Of a stretch of 64,000 nt of DNA, positions 18,490 to 27,759 are shown piece by piece; position 1 is the stretch's first letter, and each line of letters opens with the position of its first letter. The notes beneath the pieces were generated by a model that saw only the letters and a list, made by a program, of their open reading frames with translations, was not told the DNA's origin and did not search any database. The translations under genes were made by a program, and so were the position numbers. The DNA lies in contig CAZNWT010000001.1 in the NCBI GenBank assembly GCA_964576795.1, positions 56,697 to 120,696 of the forward strand, written 5' to 3'. Source of the DNA: an uncultured Victivallales bacterium (lineage in GTDB: Bacteria; Verrucomicrobiota; Kiritimatiellia; UBA8416).

Positions 18490-19803
18490 CTAAACAGATA
18501 AGCCAACCACAATCCGCCGCGCCAGCTCTGGAAGGTTTGGATCGCGCGCGCCCATAACAATGATGGCATCGCCTAGCTTGGCTTCAGCAGTCGCCACCGA
18601 AAGCGCTTCATCGTGCGAGGCCACACAGGAAGCATGAATGCCCTGCGCCACAAGGCGGTCCGCCAACACGTTTGCGTTGATACTACGATCCGCGGTACCA
18701 CCGGCATCAAATATAGGGAGCAGCAACAGCCGATCATCCGGGCCACAAAGCGCGGCGAAGGTGTCTGTCAACTCATCCAGCAAAACGCGCAGAGGGCCAA
18801 ACCCATGCGGACGCCAGATCACAATTCCGCGGCGAGCAAAGGGCACCACTGCATTCCAGGCGGCTGCGATCTTGGCTGGATTGTGACCGTAGTCATCCAA
18901 CACCGTAATGCCGCCAGTCTGCCCCACAACTTCGAGCCGACGATGAATACCCTTGAACGTGCGCAGCGCCTCGGCGCTGGTCTCAAGCGAGACTCCGAGA
19001 CAGCGACACAACATCGCCGCATGCAATGCATCCTCAACATTATGTCTCCCCGGCAAGGGCAGATCAAAGACGACACCTTCACAGACAAAATGGCTGGAGG
19101 ATGCCGTCACCGAGGGCTCAACGCTTTCCCAATAGTGCGCTGAATCAAGCGCACCAATGCACTGCCCCTGAACCTGATTCCGAAACTGCTCAAACAGCTC
19201 AATCGTTTCAGTCAGCTCGAAGTGATCCGCCGACATGTTGGTGATAACGGCAAACTCCGGTTGATAGTTCAGCAGCGAACGATCACTCTCGTCGGCCTCG
19301 ATCACCCACAGATCATCGCTCCCTTTCCGCGTATTCCCCACCCTGTCGTCAGCGCGCCAATTCGTGAGCGCGGCTCCATTCACAACCGAGGGGTTGTGAC
19401 CAGCTTGCTCAAGAATCCACCCGACCATTCCCGTCACGGTGCTCTTTCCTGACGTACCGGCAACCGCCACGCAGGTTTTTCCGTGCACAAGCTGCGCGAG
19501 CACTTCGGAACGATGAAGCACGGGCAAGCCTAACCTTTCCGCCGCAAGTACATCAGGATTATCAGCTTCAATCGCCGTACTGATAACGACGGCACCAGCC
19601 CCCGCCTCGACCCCTGAACCATCCTGCGGGAACAGATCAATGCCAGCGACCTCGAGCTGCTTCAGAATGGGCAGAGGATCACCTTGATCCTGAAAACGAT
19701 CCGATCCCGTCACACGCACGCCCTGAAAACAGACGGCTTGCGCAACGGCACTCATACCGACGCCCGCAACACCTACAAAATGATATTGAGAACACTCAAG
19801 CAC
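18490..19803 (-). CDS. MurC/Mpl-like ATP-dependent amino acid ligase
   Basis: HFVGVAGVGMSAVA, GSD, GTSGKSTVT, IEADESD, DDYGHNP. murC not asserted because of its atypical context. Confidence 0.8.
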   Translation of the reverse strand: MLECSQYHFVGVAGVGMSAVAQAVCFQGVRVTGSDRFQDQGDPLPILKQLEVAGIDLFPQDGSGVEAGAGAVVISTAIEADNPDVLAAERLGLPVLHRSEVLAQLVHGKTCVAVAGTSGKSTVTGMVGWILEQAGHNPSVVNGAALTNWRADDRVGNTRKGSDDLWVIEADESDRSLLNYQPEFAVITNMSADHFELTETIELFEQFRNQVQGQCIGALDSAHYWESVEPSVTASSSHFVCEGVVFDLPLPGRHNVEDALHAAMLCRCLGVSLETSAEALRTFKGIHRRLEVVGQTGGITVLDDYGHNPAKIAAAWNAVVPFARRGIVIWRPHGFGPLRVLLDELTDTFAALCGPDDRLLLLPIFDAGGTADRSINANVLADRLVAQGIHASCVASHDEALSVATAEAKLGDAIIVMGARDPNLPELARRIVVGLSV

Positions 19804-20152
19804 GGCTGCGCTCTATCTCGACCGCAACGCTACGCGCGCCAGTCAGTGCCCCCGGTTTATCCACACAGACCACAACATGCGATACACGATGATCACAGGC
19901 CAGACAACGCGATGCAATCTCTTCAGTAAGCTTCTCAATCAGAAAGAACTTACTTTCACGGACAAACGCAACCAGCTCATCCTTCAGCGTCTTATAATTC
20001 ACAGTATCTTCAATCTGATCGGAAAGGCATGCCACCGAATAATCACATCCCATCGTAATGTTGATGCAAACATCCTGCTCCTCAACCCGTTCATGCGGAT
20101 TGATCCCAACAATACACTGCACCATCAAATCCCGTATATAAATTCGATCCAT
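19796..20152 (-). CDS. folB: Dihydroneopterin aldolase
   Basis: IYIRDL..IVGINPHER..Q, DTVNY, LIEKL, VDKPGAL. Confidence 0.93.
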   Translation of the reverse strand: MDRIYIRDLMVQCIVGINPHERVEEQDVCINITMGCDYSVACLSDQIEDTVNYKTLKDELVAFVRESKFFLIEKLTEEIASRCLACDHRVSHVVVCVDKPGALTGARSVAVEIERSRA

Positions 20153-20240
20153 ATAGCTTTCGCGCCTTTTGTCTATTTTTTGATTCCATTATAGCAGAGC
20201 CTATCAACCAGCAGTCGACAAGCCCTTCAGCTTTCAGGTT

Positions 20241-20975
20241 TCATCCCTCAGTCTTTCCCAAACGCTGTCCCCCATCCACAAAGAGGGTTTGCCCTGTAAC
20301 AGCATCAGCCTCCAAAAGATAGACAACAGCCTGAGCCACAGCATCTGGCGTCAGACCCACGCCAAGCGGCGTAGCACCCGCAAGGTCCCGAGTGCGCGCC
20401 GGCCCCTCTCCGGGAGGCGGCAAGACGGGGCCCGGCGCAACGGCATTGACCGTAAACTCTGGGGCCAGTTCAAGTGCGGCCAGCTGCGTGAAATCCGCCA
20501 GCATCTTTTTGGAAAGCATATATGGCAATGCACCACACTCCAACCCCTCCACGCGACGATCCAATAAATTCACAATTTTTCCGCTCGATACGACACGGGC
20601 CAGGGCCTGCGTGAGAAACAGAGGGACAAACGCATTCACCTGCAATTCCAAGAGCAGTTTGGCCTCAGTGGTCTCCAAGAGTGAATCCCGATGAAACACC
20701 GACGCATTATTTACCAGAAAGTCAACTCCGCCAACCAATGCAACACACGCATCCATAAGCGCTGTGCAGCTTGCGGCATCGCCCAATGCAGCCTGTACGG
20801 CAAATGCCTCTACCCCAGACACACGAAAGGAATCAACCAGAGCAAAAGCCTCATGCTCCGATGTGCGATAGTGAACAACAACTGTGCAGCCCCGGGCAGC
20901 CAATGCCTCGCATATTGCACGGCCAATTCTCACCGCCCCCCCCGTTACCAATACGCATTTGCCATTCAGTTCCAT
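20241..20975 (-). CDS. Short-chain dehydrogenase, pteridine reductase (FolM/PTR1)-like
   Basis: VTGGAVRIG, LVNNASVF, NLLD, YMLSK, VNAVAPG, VDGG; directly upstream of folB. Confidence 0.85.
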   Translation of the reverse strand: MELNGKCVLVTGGAVRIGRAICEALAARGCTVVVHYRTSEHEAFALVDSFRVSGVEAFAVQAALGDAASCTALMDACVALVGGVDFLVNNASVFHRDSLLETTEAKLLLELQVNAFVPLFLTQALARVVSSGKIVNLLDRRVEGLECGALPYMLSKKMLADFTQLAALELAPEFTVNAVAPGPVLPPPGEGPARTRDLAGATPLGVGLTPDAVAQAVVYLLEADAVTGQTLFVDGGQRLGKTEG

Positions 20976-21010
20976 CTCTTGATCCCTTGCATTAGCAGCA
21001 TAGCCGCTTT

Positions 21011-21044
21011 GTAGGACGTGCTTCCCGGTATTCCGGGAGCGCGT
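21011..21044 (+). repeat. GTAG-type REP, family A, single copy
   Basis: GTAGGACGTGCTTCCCGGTATTCCGGGAGCGCGT: GTAG foot plus hairpin; near-identical to copies at 46546-46626. Confidence 0.75.
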
Positions 21045-21121
21045 TGTCCCTCTGCCGCATCGTGCGGCAGGAACGAAGATCAGGCTAGCATTCTCAATCT
21101 AAATTATGCAATCTTCAACCC

Positions 21122-22579
21122 ATGAAGCGATATCTATATACTTTACTAATCGTGTTTGGCTTTCTCTGGAGCCCCTCACCCACGCTAGCCATCGAAACCA
21201 ACACCGCCACAACAATCGTGATTCCCATCCAAGGCATGATCGGGCGCGGTCTGCTTTACGTAATTCGACGCGGGGTGAACGAAGCGCTTGACACTAACGC
21301 GAAAGCCATCATCTTCGATATGGATACCCCCGGCGGCCGCGTCGATGTCACCGAAGAGATCATCCGCACCATGATCGACCTGCCCGACACTATCGATACC
21401 TATACCTTTATTAACAAGGATGCACTCTCCGCAGGTTCCATGATAGCAATCGCAACCAAACATATTTACATGGCTCCCGGTAGCCGCATCGGAGCCAGCG
21501 CCATCGTCACTGCAACAGGTGATATGGAGGAGGGGGACCTTAAAGAAAAACATGTATCTTCTCTTGTGGCTCTTGTCCGCTCCGCATCGGAGCGAAACGG
21601 ACACGATCCAAAGCTTATCGAATCCATGATTCGCCGCGACATGGAGTACACTCTTGATGGCGACATGATCTGCAAAGAAGGGCAACTTCTGACGCTGACC
21701 GACCAGGATGCCGCTCGCATTGTCAACCGGGAGTCTGGAGCATCCCCTTTACTTTCAGAAGGAACCGCAGATACGCTCGCCTCACTCTTACACCAGGTCG
21801 GGCTTGATAACACAACCATACGGCGCATCGAGATCACGACACCGGAGCGTATCGCCCGCTTCATTGAAGTCTTTTCCTTCCTCTTTCTGGCAGGAGGCTT
21901 GCTCGGCATCTACATTGAATTCAAAACGCCCGGATTTGGTGTCCCCGGAATCACAGGAATCGTTCTGCTCGCCATCTTCTTTTGGGGCCATAATATTGCC
22001 GGGCTAGCCGGTGGCATAGAGGTGATTCTCTTCATCATCGGCACGGTTCTATTGGCACTTGAAATTCTTGTCATCCCCGGATTTGGCATTGCCGGGCTCT
22101 CGGGACTCTCCTTCATGCTGCTGGCCATTTTCATGGCCATGGTCGAGCACTACCCCGGAACGGATTGGTTCAAGCCACCCGTTATTCAGCTGGATGGAGC
22201 CGCAACCACCCTTGGTCTCGCAATCGCCGTTTCCCTCGCACTTGGACTCATTGTCGCACATATTCTATCCAAGACTGCTGCCTACCATCAGCTTATACTC
22301 ACTACAGCATTGGATCATGAACACGGGGTCTTTGCCTCCGCACCCACCGACAGCTTACTCGGCACCAAAGGCATTGCTGCAACGCCTCTGCACCCCTCTG
22401 GTTTCGGCACCTTTAATGGCAAACGTCTCAATGTCGTTGCGCATGGTGCATTTATCGACACAGGAGTTCCTATTGTAGTTGCTGAAACGCACGGAAACCG
22501 TATAGTGGTAGATGTAGATCGTACGTCGCAGTCAACAGACAAAACAGAAAACACAGAAAACACAGGCACATCTGCATGA
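21122..22579 (+). CDS. Long NfeD protein (ClpP-like serine protease domain, TM domain, OB-fold)
   Basis: Signal peptide, DTPGG, ALSAGS, IYMAPGSRIGAS, EFKTPGFG, C-terminal LHPSG..LNVVA. Confidence 0.9.
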   Translation: MKRYLYTLLIVFGFLWSPSPTLAIETNTATTIVIPIQGMIGRGLLYVIRRGVNEALDTNAKAIIFDMDTPGGRVDVTEEIIRTMIDLPDTIDTYTFINKDALSAGSMIAIATKHIYMAPGSRIGASAIVTATGDMEEGDLKEKHVSSLVALVRSASERNGHDPKLIESMIRRDMEYTLDGDMICKEGQLLTLTDQDAARIVNRESGASPLLSEGTADTLASLLHQVGLDNTTIRRIEITTPERIARFIEVFSFLFLAGGLLGIYIEFKTPGFGVPGITGIVLLAIFFWGHNIAGLAGGIEVILFIIGTVLLALEILVIPGFGIAGLSGLSFMLLAIFMAMVEHYPGTDWFKPPVIQLDGAATTLGLAIAVSLALGLIVAHILSKTAAYHQLILTTALDHEHGVFASAPTDSLLGTKGIAATPLHPSGFGTFNGKRLNVVAHGAFIDTGVPIVVAETHGNRIVVDVDRTSQSTDKTENTENTGTSA

Positions 22580-23070
22580 CAGAGCTCTTCTTTATTCTTG
22601 TTGTTGGCGGCCTCATGCTTATTGGAGCAGAAATCTTTATTCCCGGCGGTATTCTTGGCGTCATTGGAGGGCTTGCCCTATTCGCCTCCAGCATTGTAGC
22701 ATTTAAAATATTCTCAGAAGCTGTGGCCATCTACATTTCCATTGGCATCATCATCATGATCGGGGTTGTCATCGCACTGTGGATCAAGTTCTTTCCAAAA
22801 ACATGGGTTGGCAAGCAGATGATGATTGCCAGTGACCTGCACCGTGCAAAGGGGACCGAAGATGGCCTCAAAGCGCTACTCGGCACGGAAGGCATCACCA
22901 CATCCAGTCTGCACCCCGGAGGATTTGCCGAAATCAATGGACACCGCTATGATGTCATAACGCAAGGAGAAATGATTGATGTCGGAAGCCCCATTCGTGT
23001 AATTGAAATTGAAGGCAATCGAATTGTCGTCGAACAAAGCAACAAACAAAGCAACATAAAACAACAGTAA
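22576..23070 (+). CDS. Short NfeD-family membrane protein (TM helices plus OB-fold)
   Basis: [33 protein letters not shown]; ATGA overlap with the upstream gene. Confidence 0.88.
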   Translation: MTELFFILVVGGLMLIGAEIFIPGGILGVIGGLALFASSIVAFKIFSEAVAIYISIGIIIMIGVVIALWIKFFPKTWVGKQMMIASDLHRAKGTEDGLKALLGTEGITTSSLHPGGFAEINGHRYDVITQGEMIDVGSPIRVIEIEGNRIVVEQSNKQSNIKQQ

Positions 23071-23083
23071 AGAGGATACCGTT

Positions 23084-24100
23084 ATGCCAGCAACCGCCAT
23101 TATCGCTATTTTTGTAATCGTCGTCGCCTTCGCACTTCTTGCGGTCATCGCACGTTTTATTGGCGTGTGGGTGAGAGCATGGGTATCCGGAGCCCATGTT
23201 AATCTCCTATCGCTCATCGGAATGAGCATTCGTAAAGTTTCGCCAACCCTGATTGTGGATGCCCGCATCAGCCTCGTAAAAGCAGGGATAGCACTCTCCA
23301 CCAATGACCTCGAATCACACTATCTGGCTGGTGGCGACGTCATCAACGTTGTCAAAGCGTTAATTGCCGCAGACAAAGCCAACATCAATCTCACCTTTGA
23401 ACGTGCCGCCGCCATCGACCTTGCAGGCCGCGATGTCCAAGACGCCGTGCGCACTAGTGTTCAGCCCAAGGTCATTGACTGCCCCGACGCCAGCATCACC
23501 CCTAACGGGCTTGATGCCGTTGCCAAAGACGGTATTCGTCTCCTCGTCAAAGCCCGCGTCACCGTACGCGCCAACATTGAGCGCCTCGTCGGTGGTGCCG
23601 GAGAAGAGACCATCGTCGCCCGTGTCGGACAGGGAATCGTCAGCGCAATCGGCTCATCCGCAACCTACAAAGATGTGCTCGAGAACCCAGATCGCATCAG
23701 CCGCAAAGTGCTCGAAAGCGGGCTTGATGCACAAACCGGATTCGAAATTGTTTCGATTGATATCGCAGACATCAGCGTCGCCGGCATGATGAATGTTGCC
23801 AACGTCGGTGCCAATCTCGAAACCGAGCGGGCGGAAGCCGACAAGAAGATGCGCCAAGCCGAGGCCGAAGGTCGCAAAGCTATGGCCATTGCCCAAGAAC
23901 AGGAAATGCGCGCTCGTGTTCAAGAAATGAACGCCAAGGTGATTGAAGCCAAAGCCGAGGTTCCCAAAGCCCTCGCGCACGCCCTACGCGAAGGCACCAT
24001 GGGCGTGATGGACTACTATCGCCTCCAGAACATCGACTCTGACACCTCCATGCGCCGCACGATCGCAGGAGATGAAAACCAAGACGAAACGGGCGCATAG
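23084..24100 (+). CDS. floA: Flotillin-like protein FloA (YqfA, UPF0365)
   Basis: [40 protein letters not shown]. Confidence 0.93.
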   Translation: MPATAIIAIFVIVVAFALLAVIARFIGVWVRAWVSGAHVNLLSLIGMSIRKVSPTLIVDARISLVKAGIALSTNDLESHYLAGGDVINVVKALIAADKANINLTFERAAAIDLAGRDVQDAVRTSVQPKVIDCPDASITPNGLDAVAKDGIRLLVKARVTVRANIERLVGGAGEETIVARVGQGIVSAIGSSATYKDVLENPDRISRKVLESGLDAQTGFEIVSIDIADISVAGMMNVANVGANLETERAEADKKMRQAEAEGRKAMAIAQEQEMRARVQEMNAKVIEAKAEVPKALAHALREGTMGVMDYYRLQNIDSDTSMRRTIAGDENQDETGA

Positions 24101-24178
24101 ACACACCGTTTCACTGACCGCAATCATGAAGTGCGGCGCGCACACGGGCGCCGCACTTAAGGAGCATAAAACACCATC

Positions 24179-24709
24179 ATGCTGGTATCGGCAAACATAG
24201 GGGTCATCTGGGGGGTATTCATTATCATCTCGATAGTGGCCCAGGTCATCAAAAGTCGTAGAAAGGTTGCCGATCAAGCTCCGGGGGGCCACGCCTCCAT
24301 GCGGGAAGAAGGCAATCAACCTGCAACAAAGGATGACGAACTGCGCCAATTCCTTGAATCCCTCTCTGGCGGAAAACCACGCCCCGAGGAAATCCCACCC
24401 CCTGTTATACAACGCCAGGAACTTCAACCTATGCTCCAGCAAGCACCGCAACCACAACCCCAACAAAAGCCCAAGAAACAGAGGCGACCAGAACAGCCTC
24501 CTGCACCCATCATCACACAACCCGTCCCGTCCCCAACGGTCAGAATAATGCCAGCAGTCGAGCTTGAGACTGTAGTCACACCCAATACCAGCCTTCAACG
24601 CCTGATTCGCACAGAATTACAGCAGACAAACGCCACAAGAAAAGCCATCGTCCTGCGAGAGATCCTAGGCCCACCCATCGCACTCAGACCACGCGAAAAA
24701 CGCTTATAA
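24179..24709 (+). CDS. Hypothetical membrane-anchored protein, YqfB-like position and tail
   Basis: N-terminal TM, Q/P-rich linker, C-terminal RKAIVLREILGPPIALR. Confidence 0.75.
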   Translation: MLVSANIGVIWGVFIIISIVAQVIKSRRKVADQAPGGHASMREEGNQPATKDDELRQFLESLSGGKPRPEEIPPPVIQRQELQPMLQQAPQPQPQQKPKKQRRPEQPPAPIITQPVPSPTVRIMPAVELETVVTPNTSLQRLIRTELQQTNATRKAIVLREILGPPIALRPREKRL

Positions 24710-24771
24710 GAATCATCCCGCTTTTCCAAGGTTGATGCCCTTGACGAGCCCATAGTAGATCGATTCTCCGA

Positions 24772-24860
24772 TGTAGTGCGTAACTGTGTCGCGCGTTGTA
24801 GTGCGTCATTGCATGACGTACCCCCCCCCATCAGGCGGGCCCAGATCAATCTGGGGCTAC
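24772..24860. repeat. GTAG-type REP cluster, family C
   Basis: GTAGTGCG at 24773 and 24798, hairpin GCGTCAT-TGC-ATGACGT, and an inverted GTAGCCCCAGATTGATCTGGG unit ending at 24860; related copy at 63747-63805. Confidence 0.65.
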
Positions 24861-24950
24861 ACCTCGGAGTTGGGAATCCCGATTAGGGACTGTCGGGAAG
24901 GAGTGCCCACTTCCCCTGTATAATCTGCGCTCTCTTGAGCCGGACTGCGC

Positions 24951-25577
24951 TCACTCCGCTGAGTGAAGCGCCGGCAGCTCCAAATCCTCGGGGCGATCAA
25001 CATCGCTTAGGACAGGAAGCTTTGCCACACACAATCCCTCTGCAGCCGCAGCCACTTCGGTGTCGTGGCAGACTCTGCTTTCACCCCATGCGATGCCAGT
25101 GAATAGAGCCGCACACGGCTGTTTGAGGCCAATGAGATAATAGCCGCCATCGGCCGCTGGACCCAACACCACATCGTGCGATGCAAGAGCGGCATTCGCT
25201 TGAGCAAGAATTGCCGGGCTAAGCTCAGGACAATCGGTTCCGATGATAAGAAAAGAAACGCCGGATTCACAATGCTGCTCGCAGGCGTGATGCAAGCGCT
25301 CCCCAAGATTGCCCTCGCATTGCAGTTCGAATGCGATGCCCCGCCCCAACCATGATTGCATGGATTTCGTCGTTGCACCTGTAAAGCAGACAGAGAGGTG
25401 AACATCTTGTTTCTGACAGAACTCACGCGCAACGGCAACCGTATGCTCCGCCATCTGTTTGTGTAATGCCGCCGCACCCTCGGCCCCCAAGGCGGGGATC
25501 AACCGCGTTTTAGATCTACCCGCTTCTGGCCAGCGCATAAACACCACAAGATGTACCTGTTGCGAAACGTTCATCAT
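24951..25577 (-). CDS. TIGR04282/DUF2064-type transferase (CofC-like nucleotidyltransferase fold; rSAM/selenodomain-associated transferase 1)
   Basis: PEAGRSKTRL, QCEGNLGERL, IGTDCP, LGPAADGGYYLIGL, DVDRPED. Confidence 0.88.
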   Translation of the reverse strand: MMNVSQQVHLVVFMRWPEAGRSKTRLIPALGAEGAAALHKQMAEHTVAVAREFCQKQDVHLSVCFTGATTKSMQSWLGRGIAFELQCEGNLGERLHHACEQHCESGVSFLIIGTDCPELSPAILAQANAALASHDVVLGPAADGGYYLIGLKQPCAALFTGIAWGESRVCHDTEVAAAAEGLCVAKLPVLSDVDRPEDLELPALHSAE

Positions 25578-25647
25578 CCTACTTTCGCGTGTTTCGTAGT
25601 TGAACTACGCTTTTCAGGATCCTGCGCAGAACCTCTTGCAAAACACC

Positions 25648-25714
25648 TGCGGGGCAAGGGCGCCCCACCTTCCATTTCTGTTTGTTTTTGGAGGTGGGAC
25701 GCCCTCGTCCTGCA
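25648..25714. repeat. Inverted REP-like dimer, family B
   Basis: TGCGGGGCAAGGGCGCCCCACCT..CC paired with GGAGGTGGGACGCCCTCGTCCTGCA; same family as 39017-39092. Confidence 0.7.
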
Positions 25715-25728
25715 CATCTGCCAGAGTT

Positions 25729-27759
25729 TTACAGCGACTTTCCATAGTAGCGTTCATACATCGCGTGCGTATCGACCTCGCCCCACAATCTCCTAAAAAG
25801 ATAGGTTCCGACAAGTCTAATGATAAAAACCGCACGAACAACCTTGTGCTTCTGCCACCCTCGCAAAGATACACGAGCCAAACCAAACAGATGCACCGTA
25901 CGCCCCACCATGAGCAACCGCAGACTAAGTTCAACATCTTCCATCAATGGAATAGCAGGAAAGAGATTGTGCTCCATGACGACCTGTCGTCGGAAAAACT
26001 GCACCTGATCCCCAAAAGATACCGACAAGCAGGTTGCCCTAATATCGTTCAGGACTTCAACAATGCGAATGCCACCATCACCCCCATCAAAGGAGCAACC
26101 CAGGCTGCCACCAACCACGCCGGGATTCGCTTGCAACATGGCCAGCATTCGGTCCCATGACTCTGGTGGAACAACGGTATCGGCATGGACAATCGCAACC
26201 ACATCCCCCGATGCTCGCTGTAAAGCCGCATAGATCTGCCCGCCGCGTCCAACATGCTCAAGTCCGGCAACCACCACCATTGCCCCCGCCTTTTCGGCCA
26301 ATGCCAGCGTATCATCACGGGAGCCTCCATCAGAAACGAGAACCTCAGTGACAAGAGGATTGGACAGTAAAATTTCGCAGCACGCTGAGATGCGCTGCGC
26401 TTCGTTGATGACGGGAACAAGCACCGAAAGGGTTTTTGCAGGTGTATTGGCAGATGCGTTTCTGAGTCGCCGAATGCCAACCGCCCCCTCCCACGCCAAC
26501 AGGCCCAAGACGGGTATCCACTCAATGGCAAAGGCCAATGACGAAATCTCCCAAGCGCCTGTGAGCGCAAACGTCCGACACACAGTGAAATAGGCCCCGA
26601 TAGTGAGTGTTGCCACCAACCAGCCCCATACGGGCAAAACAACGGCAAACGGCAAAATCCAGCTTAGGTACCAGTAGTGCACCGTGGGCGACAACAGCAG
26701 CAATGCGCCAAAAGCCAAGAGTATTCCCGGCAAGGGATCTTTGTTGCGACAGCGCATCCACAGCGGCATAAGGCGGATATAGGCAAAACTCAAAACCCCA
26801 AAAAACGCCACTTTTACGATGACAGTCGCCGCCGTCATGGATCCCAACACACCGCGCAGCACACCGTGAATGGGACCGTTGAATGCAAACTCCGAGCCAA
26901 ATGCCAATAGACAGTGAAAAAGTTGACGGGGATCCAGCAAAACAATCGGAAGATAGGGCACAACCGCTGCAGCAACAGAGATCCAAGCGTAGCGCCAATT
27001 CTCGCGATTGATAAGAAACGGAAGCGCGAACACGGCAACATACTTCACTTGAACCGCAAGGCCTGCCATCAGGAATGCCCATACCCACCGCTTTCGGGTA
27101 TGACAGAGAACCGCACCGGTGAGCAAGGCCGCCTGGATAGCATCAAAATGCCCTTCCCCCGCAAAACTAAAAAGGACTAGCGGATTAAATGCATAGAGGA
27201 AAGCCCAACGCAAGGGCAGATGCCGCGCCCGCAAGAGCTCAAACAGGAACAAAATGGCGACAAGATCAAAGAGGATGACAACCCACTTTATTGCCAAAGG
27301 ATGGTACCATATGCGAGAGATGCCACTGAACAGCCCAAGCATGAGCGGGGGATATGCCGCCGGCATATTGGGATGATTGACATAAGCATGAAAGGGATCA
27401 TCCTTCGCAAGGCCGGACAACAGCGGTGCATCCGGGGCATAGGCATAGGGGCTATAACCTGCTGCCAAAACACGCCCCTCCCACAAATAGCGGTTGATAT
27501 CATCCGAAGGTGGATACGGCAGCATTGCGAGCCGTGTCAATACCGAGACAACGAGGATGAAAAGGATTGTCTTTCGAGAAGACAGCGCGCGCGGAAACAG
27601 AAACAGCAACGCCACCGCAGCAACCCACAGGAAAGCGTACAACACTACAATACCAACAAGGTTGCTGACAGGGGTCATTCGCGAAACAATCGCACACGCC
27701 ACCAGCATGCCTATGGACAGCACGAGCAAGATCAGAATGCGCAGTCTATCAGCTCTCAT
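25729..27759 (-). CDS. Fusion of a GT-C fold (GT87/DUF2029-like) polytopic glycosyltransferase and a C-terminal TIGR04283-type GT2 domain
   Basis: N-part: SDDINRYLWEG, YSPY, YPP, FNPL, GHFD, many TMs. C-part: VLVPVINE, SDGGSRDDT, VHADT, FGDQ, PLMEDVE. Confidence 0.85.
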   Translation of the reverse strand: MRADRLRILILLVLSIGMLVACAIVSRMTPVSNLVGIVVLYAFLWVAAVALLFLFPRALSSRKTILFILVVSVLTRLAMLPYPPSDDINRYLWEGRVLAAGYSPYAYAPDAPLLSGLAKDDPFHAYVNHPNMPAAYPPLMLGLFSGISRIWYHPLAIKWVVILFDLVAILFLFELLRARHLPLRWAFLYAFNPLVLFSFAGEGHFDAIQAALLTGAVLCHTRKRWVWAFLMAGLAVQVKYVAVFALPFLINRENWRYAWISVAAAVVPYLPIVLLDPRQLFHCLLAFGSEFAFNGPIHGVLRGVLGSMTAATVIVKVAFFGVLSFAYIRLMPLWMRCRNKDPLPGILLAFGALLLLSPTVHYWYLSWILPFAVVLPVWGWLVATLTIGAYFTVCRTFALTGAWEISSLAFAIEWIPVLGLLAWEGAVGIRRLRNASANTPAKTLSVLVPVINEAQRISACCEILLSNPLVTEVLVSDGGSRDDTLALAEKAGAMVVVAGLEHVGRGGQIYAALQRASGDVVAIVHADTVVPPESWDRMLAMLQANPGVVGGSLGCSFDGGDGGIRIVEVLNDIRATCLSVSFGDQVQFFRRQVVMEHNLFPAIPLMEDVELSLRLLMVGRTVHLFGLARVSLRGWQKHKVVRAVFIIRLVGTYLFRRLWGEVDTHAMYERYYGKSL

